NCBI GenBank assembly: GCA_963793425.1
Contig: CAWCAG010000001.1
Coordinates: 224,001-288,000 of the forward strand
DNA: 64,000 nt
DNA from: an uncultured cyanobacterium
GTDB taxonomy: Bacteria; Cyanobacteriota; Cyanobacteriia; Cyanobacteriales; CAWCAG01
Direction of reading: 5' to 3'
Under the pieces are notes generated by a model. That model was not told the DNA's origin, did not search any database, and worked only from the letters and a program-made list of their open reading frames with translations. Below are positions 9,518 to 19,750 of this stretch, piece after piece (position 1 is the stretch's first letter; every line of letters begins with the position of its first letter). Position numbers and translations under genes: made by a program.

Positions 9518-9684
9518 GCTTATGAGGCCCCTAATTATGTATATAAAGAGATTATTTCTAATTTTTAACTCAAAAGTGTCCTCATTGAGTACTTTACCTT
9601 TGAATACCTAAAGGTATAATCCAGCAATAGAAGCGCAATTTATTTCGCTTCGGGTGCCAGCGCTAACCGTGTTATTTGTGGTGA

Positions 9685-11151
9685 ATGAGGTTAAAAGTGA
9701 AAAAAGGCATCAAACAAACGACAGCGGCTCTTACTATGGAGCCAAAGCAAGAATCATTAGCTTCGGGCAAGACCACGAAAAAGTCTGTCCCCAAAGCTAC
9801 TACAAAAAGCAAACAAACCAATAAACCTACTTTTAAGCTTAGCCGTTGGCTGGTTTGGGGGACAACTTTTGCTTTAACGGCAACTGTTTCCGCTACAGTA
9901 GGGGCAACTTTTGCTTTAGTTAGTCCCTTATCAACATTTGTGGCCCCCATTGCCGAAAAAACAGGACTTTTACCTGAAAAGGCAAAAGGAGATGAAGGTT
10001 GGCAAGCTAACTTACAATATCGCTTGTCTCGCCCCGTTCATATTTTGGTGATGGGAATCGATCAAGTCCCAGGAGCAGCTAAAACCTCAAAGGAGATTTT
10101 TGAGGGCCATAGCGATACCATGTTATTACTGCGCTTCGATCCTGGTGATAACTCTGTCAAAATGCTCTCTATTCCTAGGGATACGAGGGTTAATATTCCT
10201 GGCTTAGGAGAAGGTAAAATTAATGATGCCAACATTCAAGGCGGGGCAGAATTAGCAGCTAAAGTGGTGAGTGAAACTTTAAACGGTGTTTCCATTGACC
10301 GCTACCTCAGAGTGAATACTGATGCCTTCCAAGAAATAGTTGATTTGGTAGGGGGTATTGAAGTAGATGTTCCCTACTCCATGGCTTACGAAGATAAAAG
10401 CCAAAAACTGAAAATTGACCTCCAAGCTGGATGGCAAACCCTCAATGGTGAAGAAGCAGAACAATTTGCTCGTTTTCGTGGTGATGGTTATGGAGATATT
10501 GGTCGAGTACAGCGCCAGCAAATACTACTCAAAGCTTTGCGTCAGCGTCTCAAGCAACCAGCTATTGTACCCAAGTTACCGAAGGCAATTCGTGTGGTGC
10601 AGCAATATGTAGATACCAACATCTCTACCGAAGAAATGTTAGCTTTGGTTAGTTTTGGTTTGAACTTAAACAAAGAAGATATTAATATGGTCATGCTCCC
10701 TGGACGCTTTAGTAGTGAAGGGGAATATGATGTTAGTTATTGGATCTTTTATCCTAATGAACGTGATCGCTTAGTGAGCCAATATTTCAATCAAGAAGCA
10801 GATTATGTCAATGAGAAGACTAAATCTTTTCGGCAACTACGCATTGGTATTCAAAATACCACTAGAGATCCTGAATTAGCAGAACGCTTTGCTGAGTACT
10901 TACGGGAAAACGATTTTGGCAATGTGTTTGTCATTGAAGATGTAGCCCCTAGGAGACTTAAAGATACTACTATTATTCCTCAAAGAGGTGATCTCAGAGC
11001 AGCCAATCGCCTGAAAAAAGTTCTTAATTTAGGTACAGTAAAATCAGAATCTACAGGGCATATAGATTCTGATCTTACAATTCAGCTAGGGCGAGATGCT
11101 CAACAAATTCTGGTTGAAGAAGACTTACCTTCAGAAGTAAAAGAGGATTAA
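9685..11151 (+). CDS. LCP (LytR-CpsA-Psr) family protein with LytR_C domain
   Basis: ILVMGID, SDTMLL, SIPRDT, FARFR...GDIGRVQRQQ. Confidence 0.92.
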   Translation: MRLKVKKGIKQTTAALTMEPKQESLASGKTTKKSVPKATTKSKQTNKPTFKLSRWLVWGTTFALTATVSATVGATFALVSPLSTFVAPIAEKTGLLPEKAKGDEGWQANLQYRLSRPVHILVMGIDQVPGAAKTSKEIFEGHSDTMLLLRFDPGDNSVKMLSIPRDTRVNIPGLGEGKINDANIQGGAELAAKVVSETLNGVSIDRYLRVNTDAFQEIVDLVGGIEVDVPYSMAYEDKSQKLKIDLQAGWQTLNGEEAEQFARFRGDGYGDIGRVQRQQILLKALRQRLKQPAIVPKLPKAIRVVQQYVDTNISTEEMLALVSFGLNLNKEDINMVMLPGRFSSEGEYDVSYWIFYPNERDRLVSQYFNQEADYVNEKTKSFRQLRIGIQNTTRDPELAERFAEYLRENDFGNVFVIEDVAPRRLKDTTIIPQRGDLRAANRLKKVLNLGTVKSESTGHIDSDLTIQLGRDAQQILVEEDLPSEVKED

Positions 11152-11155
11152 TTAA

Positions 11156-11668
11156 GTGTTAAAAACCTTCATTGTGCGTTTACTAGGAATCATCACTGCC
11201 CTACTATTTGCTGGGTTGTGGGTTCTGTTGGATGCCCACCCCGCCTTAGCCCAAGCTAGTGCCGTTAACTATGCCCAAACTGACTTACAAAACCGCGATT
11301 TTGCCAACCAAGATTTAGTCGGGTCTGTTTTCGCAGCAGCACAAATGCGAGGAGCAGATTTTCATGGTTCCAACCTGAAAGGAACTATTATGACTAAAGG
11401 GGTATTATTAAATGCTAATTTGTCTGGTGCAAACCTTTCTGGGGCTTTGTTAGACAGAGTTGCTTTTGACGGTGCTGATTTAACTAATGCCATTTTCACA
11501 GGCTCTGTCGCCTCTCGTAGCCGCTTCTTCGATACAAAAATTACTGGGGCTGACTTCTCAGAAGCAATTATAGACCGCTACCAAGCTTCCTCAATGTGCG
11601 AAAGGGCCGATGGTATTAATCCTGTTACCGGAGTTTCGACAAGAGAGAGTTTAGGCTGTAGAGATTAG
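11156..11668 (+). CDS. pentapeptide repeat protein (exported)
   Basis: Signal peptide, A(D/N)LxG repeats, C-terminal [21 protein letters not shown]. Confidence 0.92.
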   Translation: MLKTFIVRLLGIITALLFAGLWVLLDAHPALAQASAVNYAQTDLQNRDFANQDLVGSVFAAAQMRGADFHGSNLKGTIMTKGVLLNANLSGANLSGALLDRVAFDGADLTNAIFTGSVASRSRFFDTKITGADFSEAIIDRYQASSMCERADGINPVTGVSTRESLGCRD

Positions 11669-11680
11669 GGAATCAACTGA

Positions 11681-11740
11681 TTAATTAAGTTTAAAGTTTT
11701 AGGAAATGTTAAAATCTCCTAAGACTTTAAACTTAATTAA
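11681..11740. terminator. long hairpin (24-bp arms) downstream of the pentapeptide gene
   Basis: TTAATTAAGTTTAAAGTTTTAGGA / TCCTAAGACTTTAAACTTAATTAA, one G-U position, 12-nt loop. Confidence 0.5.
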
Positions 11741-11967
11741 CATTAAGTAAAATCACGTCAATTAAGCAATAAACTTCGGGATTGACCCTCCTTGGGACTT
11801 AAAATTCTTTTATTCAAGAAAATTTCTGTCAGATTATTTCACTTGCGTCTTGCGATCGCAGAAAAATTTTTGGTGTGAATAACAAAATCAGCTAGCCCAG
11901 GGAGGTTTAATTTATGAAAACAATATCAATCAACTCTATAAACTAAGCAAACAGCAAAGGAGGAATT

Positions 11968-14496
11968 ATGCGTGCAGTGTTGATGGCTGGTGGGTCTGGG
12001 ACTAGACTAAGGCCGCTAACCTGCGATCTGCCGAAACCTATGGTCCCGGTTCTTAACCGACCCATTGCAGAACATATCATTAATCTACTCAAAAGACATA
12101 ACATTACCGAAATAATTGCTACCTTACACTATCTCCCTGATGTTATGCGAGATTACTTCCAAGATGGCAAAGATTTTGGAGTGCAAATGACCTATGCAGT
12201 GGAAGAAGATCAACCCCTTGGTACGGCAGGATGCGTCAAAAATATTGCGGAGTGGTTAGATGATACTTTCTTAGTGATTAGCGGTGACGGTATCACAGAT
12301 TTTGATCTCCAGAAAGCTATTGAGTTTCATAAGCAAAAAAAATCTAAAGCTACCCTGATTTTAACCCGTGTCCCTAACCCTGTTGAATTTGGTGTAGTTA
12401 TTACAGATCCTGAAGGCAATATTAAGCGCTTTTTAGAAAAACCTTCTAGTAGCGAAATCTTCTCCGATACCGTCAATACAGGAACCTATATTCTTGAACC
12501 AGAAGTTTTAAACTATTTGCCAGAAAACGAAGAATCAGACTTCTCTAAAGACCTATTCCCTCTCTTACTTGATAAAGGGGAACCAATGTACGGTTACGTA
12601 GCAGAAGGATATTGGTGCGATGTTGGTCACTTAGATGCTTGTCGAGAAGCTCAGTATGATGGTTTGCACGGTAAAGTTAAACTAGACCTGGCTTACGAAG
12701 AAAAGTCTTCTGGACAGTGGATCGGGGAAGATACTTATATAGATCCTTCGGCAAAAATTACCCCTCCAGTCATGATTGGTAGTCATTGCCGCATTGGGCC
12801 ACGGGTTCGTATTGAAGCAGGTACAGTGATTGGCGATAATGTCACCATTGGCGCTGATGCTGATCTTAAGCGTCCGATTATTTGGAATGGGGCAATCATC
12901 GGTGATGAAGCTCATCTAAGTGCTTGCATTATTTCTAGGGGAACTCGTGTTGACCGCCGCGCTCAAGTTATGGAGGGTGCTGTAGTAGGCGCTCTTTCTG
13001 CTGTTGGAGAAGAAGCCCAAATTAGCCCAGGTGTGAGGGTTTGGCCGCGCAAGAAGATTGAATCTGGAGCGATTTTGAATATCAACTTGATTTGGGGTAA
13101 TACAGCTCAACGCAGTCTTTTTGGACAACAAGGAGTTTCTGGTTTAGCCAATATTGATATTACCCCAGAGTTTGCGGTGAAATTAGGTGCAGCCTATGGT
13201 TCTGTGTTAAAACCAGGCTCTAGTGTTGCTGTATCTAGGGATCAGCGTAGTATTTCCCGTATGGTCAGTCGTTCTTTTATCTCTGGCTTAATGTCAGCAG
13301 GTATTTACGTCCAAAACCTGGAATCTACAGCTATTCCTGTCGCTCGAACCATGGTTCCTAACTTAGATGTAGCTGGAGGTATTCATGTCCGCTTACATCC
13401 CAACAGACCTGATTATATCCTCATTGAATTCTTTGATGATAAAGGCATTAATCTGTCTAAAGCTAAAGAGAAAAAAATCGAAGGAGCCTACTTTAAAGAA
13501 GACTTGCGCCGGGTTCCTATTCAAGAAATTGGTGATGTCTTCTATCCGAGTCAAGTTCTTGATGTTTACAGCAAATGCTTTGAGGAACACTTGAATGTGG
13601 GGGCAGTACGTAATAGCCCTTCTAAGGTTGTCATAGACTACGTTTATGCAGTTTCAGGAGCTATATTACCTCGCTTGTTAGCCAAATTTGGTTGCGATGC
13701 TGTTGTTCTCAACGCTAGCCTCAGCCAAACAGCCCTTTCTGGTGAAGATAGGGAAGGCTTGCTCAATCAACTAGGGCAAGTAGTAGAAGCACTGAGAGCC
13801 AGTTTAGGGGTACAAGTTTCCGCTAACGGTGAACAGCTTATTTTAGTAGATGAGTCTGGCTTGGCTATACGGGGTGAGATGTTAACAGCCTTGATGGTTA
13901 ATACCATTCTCACAGCCCATCCTCGCGGTACTGTAGTTGTTCCCATCCATGCTTCCAGCGCAGTAGAACAAATTGCTCGTCGTCACGATGGTAAAGTGAT
14001 TCGGACAAAAGCTAATCCTACTGCTTTAATGGAAGCTTCTCAAACCGATCCGAATGTAGTTTTAGGAGGAAGCGGAGATATTGGTTTCATCTTCCCTCAA
14101 CTCCATCCTGGATTTGATGCGATGTTCTGTATTGCTAAACTCATTGAAATGCTGACGATTCAAGAGCGTTCCTTAGCTCAAATTCGTACTGAATTACCCC
14201 GCGTTACCCATAAGAGTTACACCATGCGTTGTCCTTGGACAGTTAAAGGTGCATTGATGCGCCATTTGGTTGAAACTCACCCAGCAGAAAAGTTAGAACT
14301 GACTGATGGTGTTAAAGTTATTAATCCACAAAATGATAATTGGGTTTTAGTCTTGCCTGATGCGGGAGAGCCTTTGGTACATATCTATGCTAATGGGGAT
14401 GACAAAGCTGTAGTAGACAAAGATTTAGCTGATTATCGTAAGCGGGTTCAAGAGTTTATTGACCAAGAAGAAGGTGTAGAAGCAACCATGACATAA
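11968..14496 (+). CDS. mannose-1-phosphate guanyltransferase / phosphomannomutase-like fusion (NTP transferase + hexapeptide LbH + PGM/PMM-like)
   Basis: MAGGSGTRLRPLT..PKPMVP, PLGTAG, RFLEKP, hexapeptide repeats, C-terminal PMM-like domains. Confidence 0.9.
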   Translation: MRAVLMAGGSGTRLRPLTCDLPKPMVPVLNRPIAEHIINLLKRHNITEIIATLHYLPDVMRDYFQDGKDFGVQMTYAVEEDQPLGTAGCVKNIAEWLDDTFLVISGDGITDFDLQKAIEFHKQKKSKATLILTRVPNPVEFGVVITDPEGNIKRFLEKPSSSEIFSDTVNTGTYILEPEVLNYLPENEESDFSKDLFPLLLDKGEPMYGYVAEGYWCDVGHLDACREAQYDGLHGKVKLDLAYEEKSSGQWIGEDTYIDPSAKITPPVMIGSHCRIGPRVRIEAGTVIGDNVTIGADADLKRPIIWNGAIIGDEAHLSACIISRGTRVDRRAQVMEGAVVGALSAVGEEAQISPGVRVWPRKKIESGAILNINLIWGNTAQRSLFGQQGVSGLANIDITPEFAVKLGAAYGSVLKPGSSVAVSRDQRSISRMVSRSFISGLMSAGIYVQNLESTAIPVARTMVPNLDVAGGIHVRLHPNRPDYILIEFFDDKGINLSKAKEKKIEGAYFKEDLRRVPIQEIGDVFYPSQVLDVYSKCFEEHLNVGAVRNSPSKVVIDYVYAVSGAILPRLLAKFGCDAVVLNASLSQTALSGEDREGLLNQLGQVVEALRASLGVQVSANGEQLILVDESGLAIRGEMLTALMVNTILTAHPRGTVVVPIHASSAVEQIARRHDGKVIRTKANPTALMEASQTDPNVVLGGSGDIGFIFPQLHPGFDAMFCIAKLIEMLTIQERSLAQIRTELPRVTHKSYTMRCPWTVKGALMRHLVETHPAEKLELTDGVKVINPQNDNWVLVLPDAGEPLVHIYANGDDKAVVDKDLADYRKRVQEFIDQEEGVEATMT

Positions 14497-14669
14497 TCAC
14501 AACACAATTGCTCTGGAAGAGTGAAGGGTGAAAAGGCTAAGATGATTGGTTAAGTAAGCAAATTATCTGATTTTTCATCCTTCCCTTAATTGAAAAAATA
14601 TTCAGTTCATTTGTACTATTATAAATAAAACCAGGTTACAGCAACAAAGAAATAGAGGAGAAAAACTAA

Positions 14670-15194
14670 ATGAATAGTTGCATAATAATGGCGAAAATAA
14701 TCCGTAACCCGGAATTGCGCTATACCCCAGATAATCAAATTGCTATTTCTGAGATGTTAGTAGAGTTTCCTGGTCAACGAGAAGAAGATCCCCCAGCCAC
14801 CATGAAAGTAGTAGGGTGGGGCAACCTCGCTTCAGAAATTCAAGAGAATTATTCTTCTGGGGATCAAGTCTTGATTCAAGGTAATTTGAAAATGAACCTT
14901 GTTGATATGCCAGAGGGCTATAAAGAAAAGCGGGCTGAACTCAATGCTTCGCGCATTCATAAATTAGGTGGCGATAATTTCAATACCATGGCAGCGTCTC
15001 AAACAGCTACTACAACTTCTACTAATTCTGATAACGTAGTACCTTTTGATTCTTTTAAATCAACTTCATCTGGTTACGAAGATCCAGCTTTAGGAGCTTC
15101 TATAAATTCTCCAAAACCAGAAACACCTTCTGTACCTACTTCCACTCCTTTGTCTCCAGATCCTGATCAAGATTTGGATGATATTCCGTTTTAG
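14670..15194 (+). CDS. ssb: single-stranded DNA-binding protein
   Basis: OB-fold PELRYT motif and acidic C-terminal DLDDIPF. Confidence 0.88.
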   Translation: MNSCIIMAKIIRNPELRYTPDNQIAISEMLVEFPGQREEDPPATMKVVGWGNLASEIQENYSSGDQVLIQGNLKMNLVDMPEGYKEKRAELNASRIHKLGGDNFNTMAASQTATTTSTNSDNVVPFDSFKSTSSGYEDPALGASINSPKPETPSVPTSTPLSPDPDQDLDDIPF

Positions 15195-15195
15195 G

Positions 15196-15228
15196 TTGCT
15201 AATTGCTAATTGCTAATCGCTAATTGCT
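15196..15228. repeat. short tandem heptamer repeat (STRR-like, TTGCTAA)
   Basis: ttgctaa ttgctaa ttgctaa tcgctaa ttgct. Confidence 0.7.
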
Positions 15229-15603
15229 GAGAGATTAAGAATATTCTTTTTTATTACCTATTCTTTTTCTAACTCTTCTTGTTTGACCAAAGCATAGAAT
15301 AAGTACTGAAGAAGTAAGAAAAGGATGATATTTTACTTTATTAAGACTTTAAACAAGCTCCTGTAATAATAACTTTTGTAAACTAGAATAAATTCTACTT
15401 TCAGCTAAATTTGCTACTAGATAAGGTTCTCATTCTGTTTAAGTAATAACCCTATAAGCTACACATACACGTAAGTATTGTAGATTACTTCAATTATTAT
15501 GTGGTAGAAGTAAAAACAGTGGAAAGCCGGAATAGCTTTTATAGCGGTTAGAAGCTGTGGTATAGGTTTGCAAAATCGAGTTTGAAAAGGTAATTGATAA
15601 ATT

Positions 15604-16608
15604 ATGGCAAAGGAGAGAAGGCTAGTCAGACTCTTAGTTTGGTCTTTGCAAAAGCAGCCTGCTGTAGGTAAATTATTGCTGAAAACCTTGGTACAGTTTG
15701 ATGATATTTTTCATTTAGAACCCCACCCTAAAATAATTTCCCTTACCAATGATTTAGGCTATCGCTTACCTATTATCTGCAAATTATACAATGGTATGAA
15801 AATCGAAGTTCTCTGGAATGAAACTACTGTTGGCCAAAGAATTTATAAAAATGGATGTTTTGAAAAAGATACCGTAGAACTAGTTAGTAAGCTTTTACAA
15901 CCAGGGATGGTTTTTGTAGATGGAGGTGCCCATTGTGGGCAATATACTCTGGTTGCGAGCAAATGTGTAGGGGAAAGTGGAGAAGTTCACAGTTTTGAAC
16001 CAGATCCAGATACTTTTGCCATGCTTTCAGATAGTATAAAACTTAATGGTTTAAAGAATGTTTATCTCAATCAATTAGCCCTATCTGATCGCATAGAAGT
16101 TAAAGAACTTTATCTAGCTATGGCTAATAATATTGGTGGCAATTCCCTTTATGAACCCGAAAATTATTCAGGAGATATCTGTACAGTTAAATGTACTACC
16201 CTCGATTCCTATCTAAAGCAACACAAAATTAGCAAAATTGATTTATTAAAGCTAGATATAGAAGGTTATGAAATGAATGTCTTGGAGAGTAGTCAAGTCT
16301 TTAAAGATGGAGATTCTCAACCTTTCATAGTTGTTGAATTTAATGAATCCAATCAGCAAAAAATTGGTAAATCTTGTCAAGAAATGGCTAATTTCTTAAG
16401 AAAATGTGGCTATAAACTATGTTTAATTGGCAAGAGACATTCAGGAGGAATAGATTATTCTCGTGTGGGGCTTGATGCCTTGTTTAATGTCTTAGCTGTA
16501 CCGGATAATAAAATTACTTTTGTGGAAAAAAATCTTGCCGTTCAGTTTAGTGATTTACCTTTAGATAATACGGATGGCTTAGCATTGAAAGTACTAAAGC
16601 TTGCCTGA
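15604..16608 (+). CDS. FkbM family SAM-dependent methyltransferase
   Basis: FVDGGAHCGQY, HSFEPDP, TLDSY, LLKLDIEGYE. Confidence 0.9.
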   Translation: MAKERRLVRLLVWSLQKQPAVGKLLLKTLVQFDDIFHLEPHPKIISLTNDLGYRLPIICKLYNGMKIEVLWNETTVGQRIYKNGCFEKDTVELVSKLLQPGMVFVDGGAHCGQYTLVASKCVGESGEVHSFEPDPDTFAMLSDSIKLNGLKNVYLNQLALSDRIEVKELYLAMANNIGGNSLYEPENYSGDICTVKCTTLDSYLKQHKISKIDLLKLDIEGYEMNVLESSQVFKDGDSQPFIVVEFNESNQQKIGKSCQEMANFLRKCGYKLCLIGKRHSGGIDYSRVGLDALFNVLAVPDNKITFVEKNLAVQFSDLPLDNTDGLALKVLKLA

Positions 16609-16657
16609 TTTTACAGACCACCCTCAATTCTGCTAACTTTATTTATTTTGAATTCTA

Positions 16658-17623
16658 ATGTCAAAACTAACACCTTCTAGTCTCATTAAATGGTTAGCTG
16701 TGACTGGCGTTGCCTGGAGCGCTGGCTACCTTTATAACGTTCACTTTGGTGGAGAATTAAGTTGGCTTAAGGCAGTCTATAATGAGAAAATGGCCTTAGC
16801 TGAAGAAGTAGATGCTCCTCGCAGACTATTAACTACAGGAGGATCTGGGGCCCACTATAGTATCAATTCTGAGGTTCTAGAACAGGAAGTAGGTATCCCA
16901 GTTATCAACCTAGGAATAGATGGCCGACTGGGCTTGAATGTCATTCTTGATTCTATTATTGAAAAAATTCGTCCTGGGGATGTGGTTTTATTAATCCCTG
17001 AATACTCGATGGTACTCTTAGATGAAGATGGTTTGGCAGAACGTTCAGCGGATTTTGGCTTAGCTATTGGTAAACCAGGTTTAGGGGGAGTTCCAGCTAA
17101 GGATTTAGCCCATAATACCTTACTTTTGGGAGTACCTAGCCTCCGCTCCTTAACCAAAGCTGCCGTGGATTTAGCAACCAAGGGAGAAATAACTGGCTAC
17201 TATTCTGACCCCATAACAAAAAAAGGAGACCCTACCACTGTCAAGCAACGTGCGGGAAAATGGTGGAAAATGTCGGTTAACCAGTCTATATCCCCATCTT
17301 CCCATTCTTTTAAGAGAATTAAACAGTTTCGCCAGGATTTAGAAGCCAAAGGGGCGCATTTAGTAATTTCCTTACCTTGGGTTTATGCCAAAACTGATGG
17401 GGAAACTGTGGACAACGTAGGAAAAATTGCTCAGGAATTGGAAAAAATCGCCCCAGTTATCTACGATGAGGAAACCTTGAACCTTCAGAGTAATGCAGCA
17501 CTATTTGCCGATACCCATTACCATTTGCAACTGGATGTGATGGAAAAACGCTCCCTACAAATTGCGGAACAAATAGAGCCAATTCTTCAATCTTTACCGG
17601 AAGCAAAGGGGAAAGGAAAATAG
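16658..17623 (+). CDS. hypothetical protein, SGNH/DltD-like
   Basis: GGSGAHY, INLGID, FADTHYHL motifs, N-terminal anchor. Confidence 0.6.
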   Translation: MSKLTPSSLIKWLAVTGVAWSAGYLYNVHFGGELSWLKAVYNEKMALAEEVDAPRRLLTTGGSGAHYSINSEVLEQEVGIPVINLGIDGRLGLNVILDSIIEKIRPGDVVLLIPEYSMVLLDEDGLAERSADFGLAIGKPGLGGVPAKDLAHNTLLLGVPSLRSLTKAAVDLATKGEITGYYSDPITKKGDPTTVKQRAGKWWKMSVNQSISPSSHSFKRIKQFRQDLEAKGAHLVISLPWVYAKTDGETVDNVGKIAQELEKIAPVIYDEETLNLQSNAALFADTHYHLQLDVMEKRSLQIAEQIEPILQSLPEAKGKGK

Positions 17624-17793
17624 AAAGCAGGACAGAAAAATATGCCAAGTAAGGAAAACCACAGTAATAGTGCCACAAATCACCCCTTTCACTGAGATTA
17701 TTATTCTAGGTAGTGGTTTTAGTAGTCAGTTTCCCTCCCCAGGCATGGAAGGTAGTTGGGACTGTACCTCCTTCCAACATATACTCAAACTTT

Positions 17794-18948
17794 TTAACTC
17801 CTCTGATACATATCTAGAAATACTTGAATAATTCCAACCATAGCAGCGATCGCAATTACACTGATGGGTAACAAATTCTGACCGGCAATTGCAACAACCA
17901 GCATAGTAGCCATTGCTGCTAACCGGTGTTTGGTACGAGCCTTGCAGTAGAAGATTACTCCAGTACGATGGAGAATTGCTAAGGAGAAAAAGCACAAGGC
18001 GACTGAACCGCAAAGTAACCAACGTTCGGGAGAAGGTAGGGGCAGTTTGGCGGGGCTGGATAAAGCGTGTTCTACGCCAACTCCTGTGGCTGCGAGGCCG
18101 ATTACTAAAGGAAGATGAATATAGAGCCAAATTTGTAAAACAGCAATGCGTTTGGAGTTTTTGACGGCTTGGAGTGCGCTACCACCAACATTTTCAAAGT
18201 AAATCCACCAAAGACTAAAAGCAACGGTGAAGCCTCCCATAGCAGTAAGGGCGCTCATTCCTTGCCATTCCATTTCTGCTACTCCATTAACTACAGCAAT
18301 AATTGCTTCCCCCAAAACAATGATGGTGAATAGCCCAAATCGTTCTGGTAAATGTTCTGTGTGGGGAAGAAGTTGAACTTGAAATTTACCTGCACTCAAG
18401 GGTGTAGCGAAATCGACGATTAAGCCTAGAACCCAAAATAGGAACCGCCAGGGTAGGGGAATGAAAACGGAAATTAGCCAGAGGCAAGCGGCGATCGCAA
18501 AACCTTTAGCATAGTAGATTGCTAAACCTCGTGCTTGGGGAATATGCCACCCAGCCCAAAGATATTCAAAGACTAAAACCAGTCTGGCAATCGCGTAGGC
18601 TAAAGCAAAGCCCCCAGAAGTAGAACCTAAGCCATCATGAACATTAACGGCCAGGGCCGCCATAGCTAGCATTTGTATGCCGATTAGTAAGCGCCGGACA
18701 ATGTTATCGCTATCAAAACGGTTAGCATAAAAAGTAGTACCAATCCACGCCCACCAAACCGGAATGAAGAGTACTACGAACTCAAAAAAACCTTGGGGAG
18801 AAACTTGCTTGCTGAGATGATGGGCAAGTTGAGAGATGGCTACAACAAAGACTAAATCATAAAATAATTCTAGCCAAGTTGCATGACGAGGTTCATTTTC
18901 TTGATCTTCATTGATACGTAGGCGAGGAGGTTGCAACCAGCTTTTCAT
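17794..18948 (-). CDS. low temperature requirement protein A (LtrA) family
   Basis: ATWLELFYDLVFVVA and HLPERFGLFTIIVLGE motifs. Confidence 0.92.
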   Translation of the reverse strand: MKSWLQPPRLRINEDQENEPRHATWLELFYDLVFVVAISQLAHHLSKQVSPQGFFEFVVLFIPVWWAWIGTTFYANRFDSDNIVRRLLIGIQMLAMAALAVNVHDGLGSTSGGFALAYAIARLVLVFEYLWAGWHIPQARGLAIYYAKGFAIAACLWLISVFIPLPWRFLFWVLGLIVDFATPLSAGKFQVQLLPHTEHLPERFGLFTIIVLGEAIIAVVNGVAEMEWQGMSALTAMGGFTVAFSLWWIYFENVGGSALQAVKNSKRIAVLQIWLYIHLPLVIGLAATGVGVEHALSSPAKLPLPSPERWLLCGSVALCFFSLAILHRTGVIFYCKARTKHRLAAMATMLVVAIAGQNLLPISVIAIAAMVGIIQVFLDMYQRS

Positions 18949-18983
18949 ACAAAATAAGGAAGTAATCAGTGATCAATACGTTA

Positions 18984-19700
18984 TTACCTACTCAAGGTTA
19001 CAACCTCACCAATAACCATCACCGTAGGAGAAAGAGTAACACCTTGAGTTTGTTCTACTATGGTTGCTAAGCTTCCTTGCCAAATTTCTTGGTTGGGGCG
19101 ATCGCAATTACGTATAATCGCAATGGGGAAATTAGCAGAGCGGCCATTTTCTTGTAATTTTTGGACAATAATTCCTAAATTACGTCCCCCCATCAAAATT
19201 ACTAAAGTATCCAGGCGAGACAAAGCTTCCCAGTTTAATAATTCTGGATCATGAGCGCTCATCACCGCAAAACAACTACTTAAATCCTTATCTGTTAAAG
19301 GTATACCTGCGAGTAAAGGTGCAGCAAGGGCAGAAGAAAGGCCGGGAATCGCCTCAAACTGACAACCTCCTTCTTTTAGGGCTGTCATTTCTGGTTGGGC
19401 GCGACCGAAAATAAAGGGATCTCCGCTTTTCAGGCGGACAACTTGCTTACCTTGTTGGCAATAATCTACTAGTAACTGATTAATTTTAGCTTGGGGAGTA
19501 CTAGGACGGCTGCCTCGCTTGCCCACATCTAACTTCACACAAAAAGGTGGTACTAACTCCAAAAGCTGGGGATCTATTAAAGCATCATAAACTAAAACCT
19601 CTGCTTGCTCTAATAGCTCTTTCCCCCGCCACGTAAGGTAAGCAAGGCTGCCAGGGCCAGCCCCCAATAAATAAACTTTGCCGTATTTATCCTTTGTCAT
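18984..19700 (-). CDS. cobA: uroporphyrinogen-III C-methyltransferase
   Basis: VYLLGAGPG, VVRLKSGDPFIFGR, AGIPLT. Confidence 0.92.
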   Translation of the reverse strand: MTKDKYGKVYLLGAGPGSLAYLTWRGKELLEQAEVLVYDALIDPQLLELVPPFCVKLDVGKRGSRPSTPQAKINQLLVDYCQQGKQVVRLKSGDPFIFGRAQPEMTALKEGGCQFEAIPGLSSALAAPLLAGIPLTDKDLSSCFAVMSAHDPELLNWEALSRLDTLVILMGGRNLGIIVQKLQENGRSANFPIAIIRNCDRPNQEIWQGSLATIVEQTQGVTLSPTVMVIGEVVTLSR

Positions 19701-19750
19701 AAGTAATCAAGATTAAGATAGATTCATAGCAAAACAAAAGCGAAGACCTA

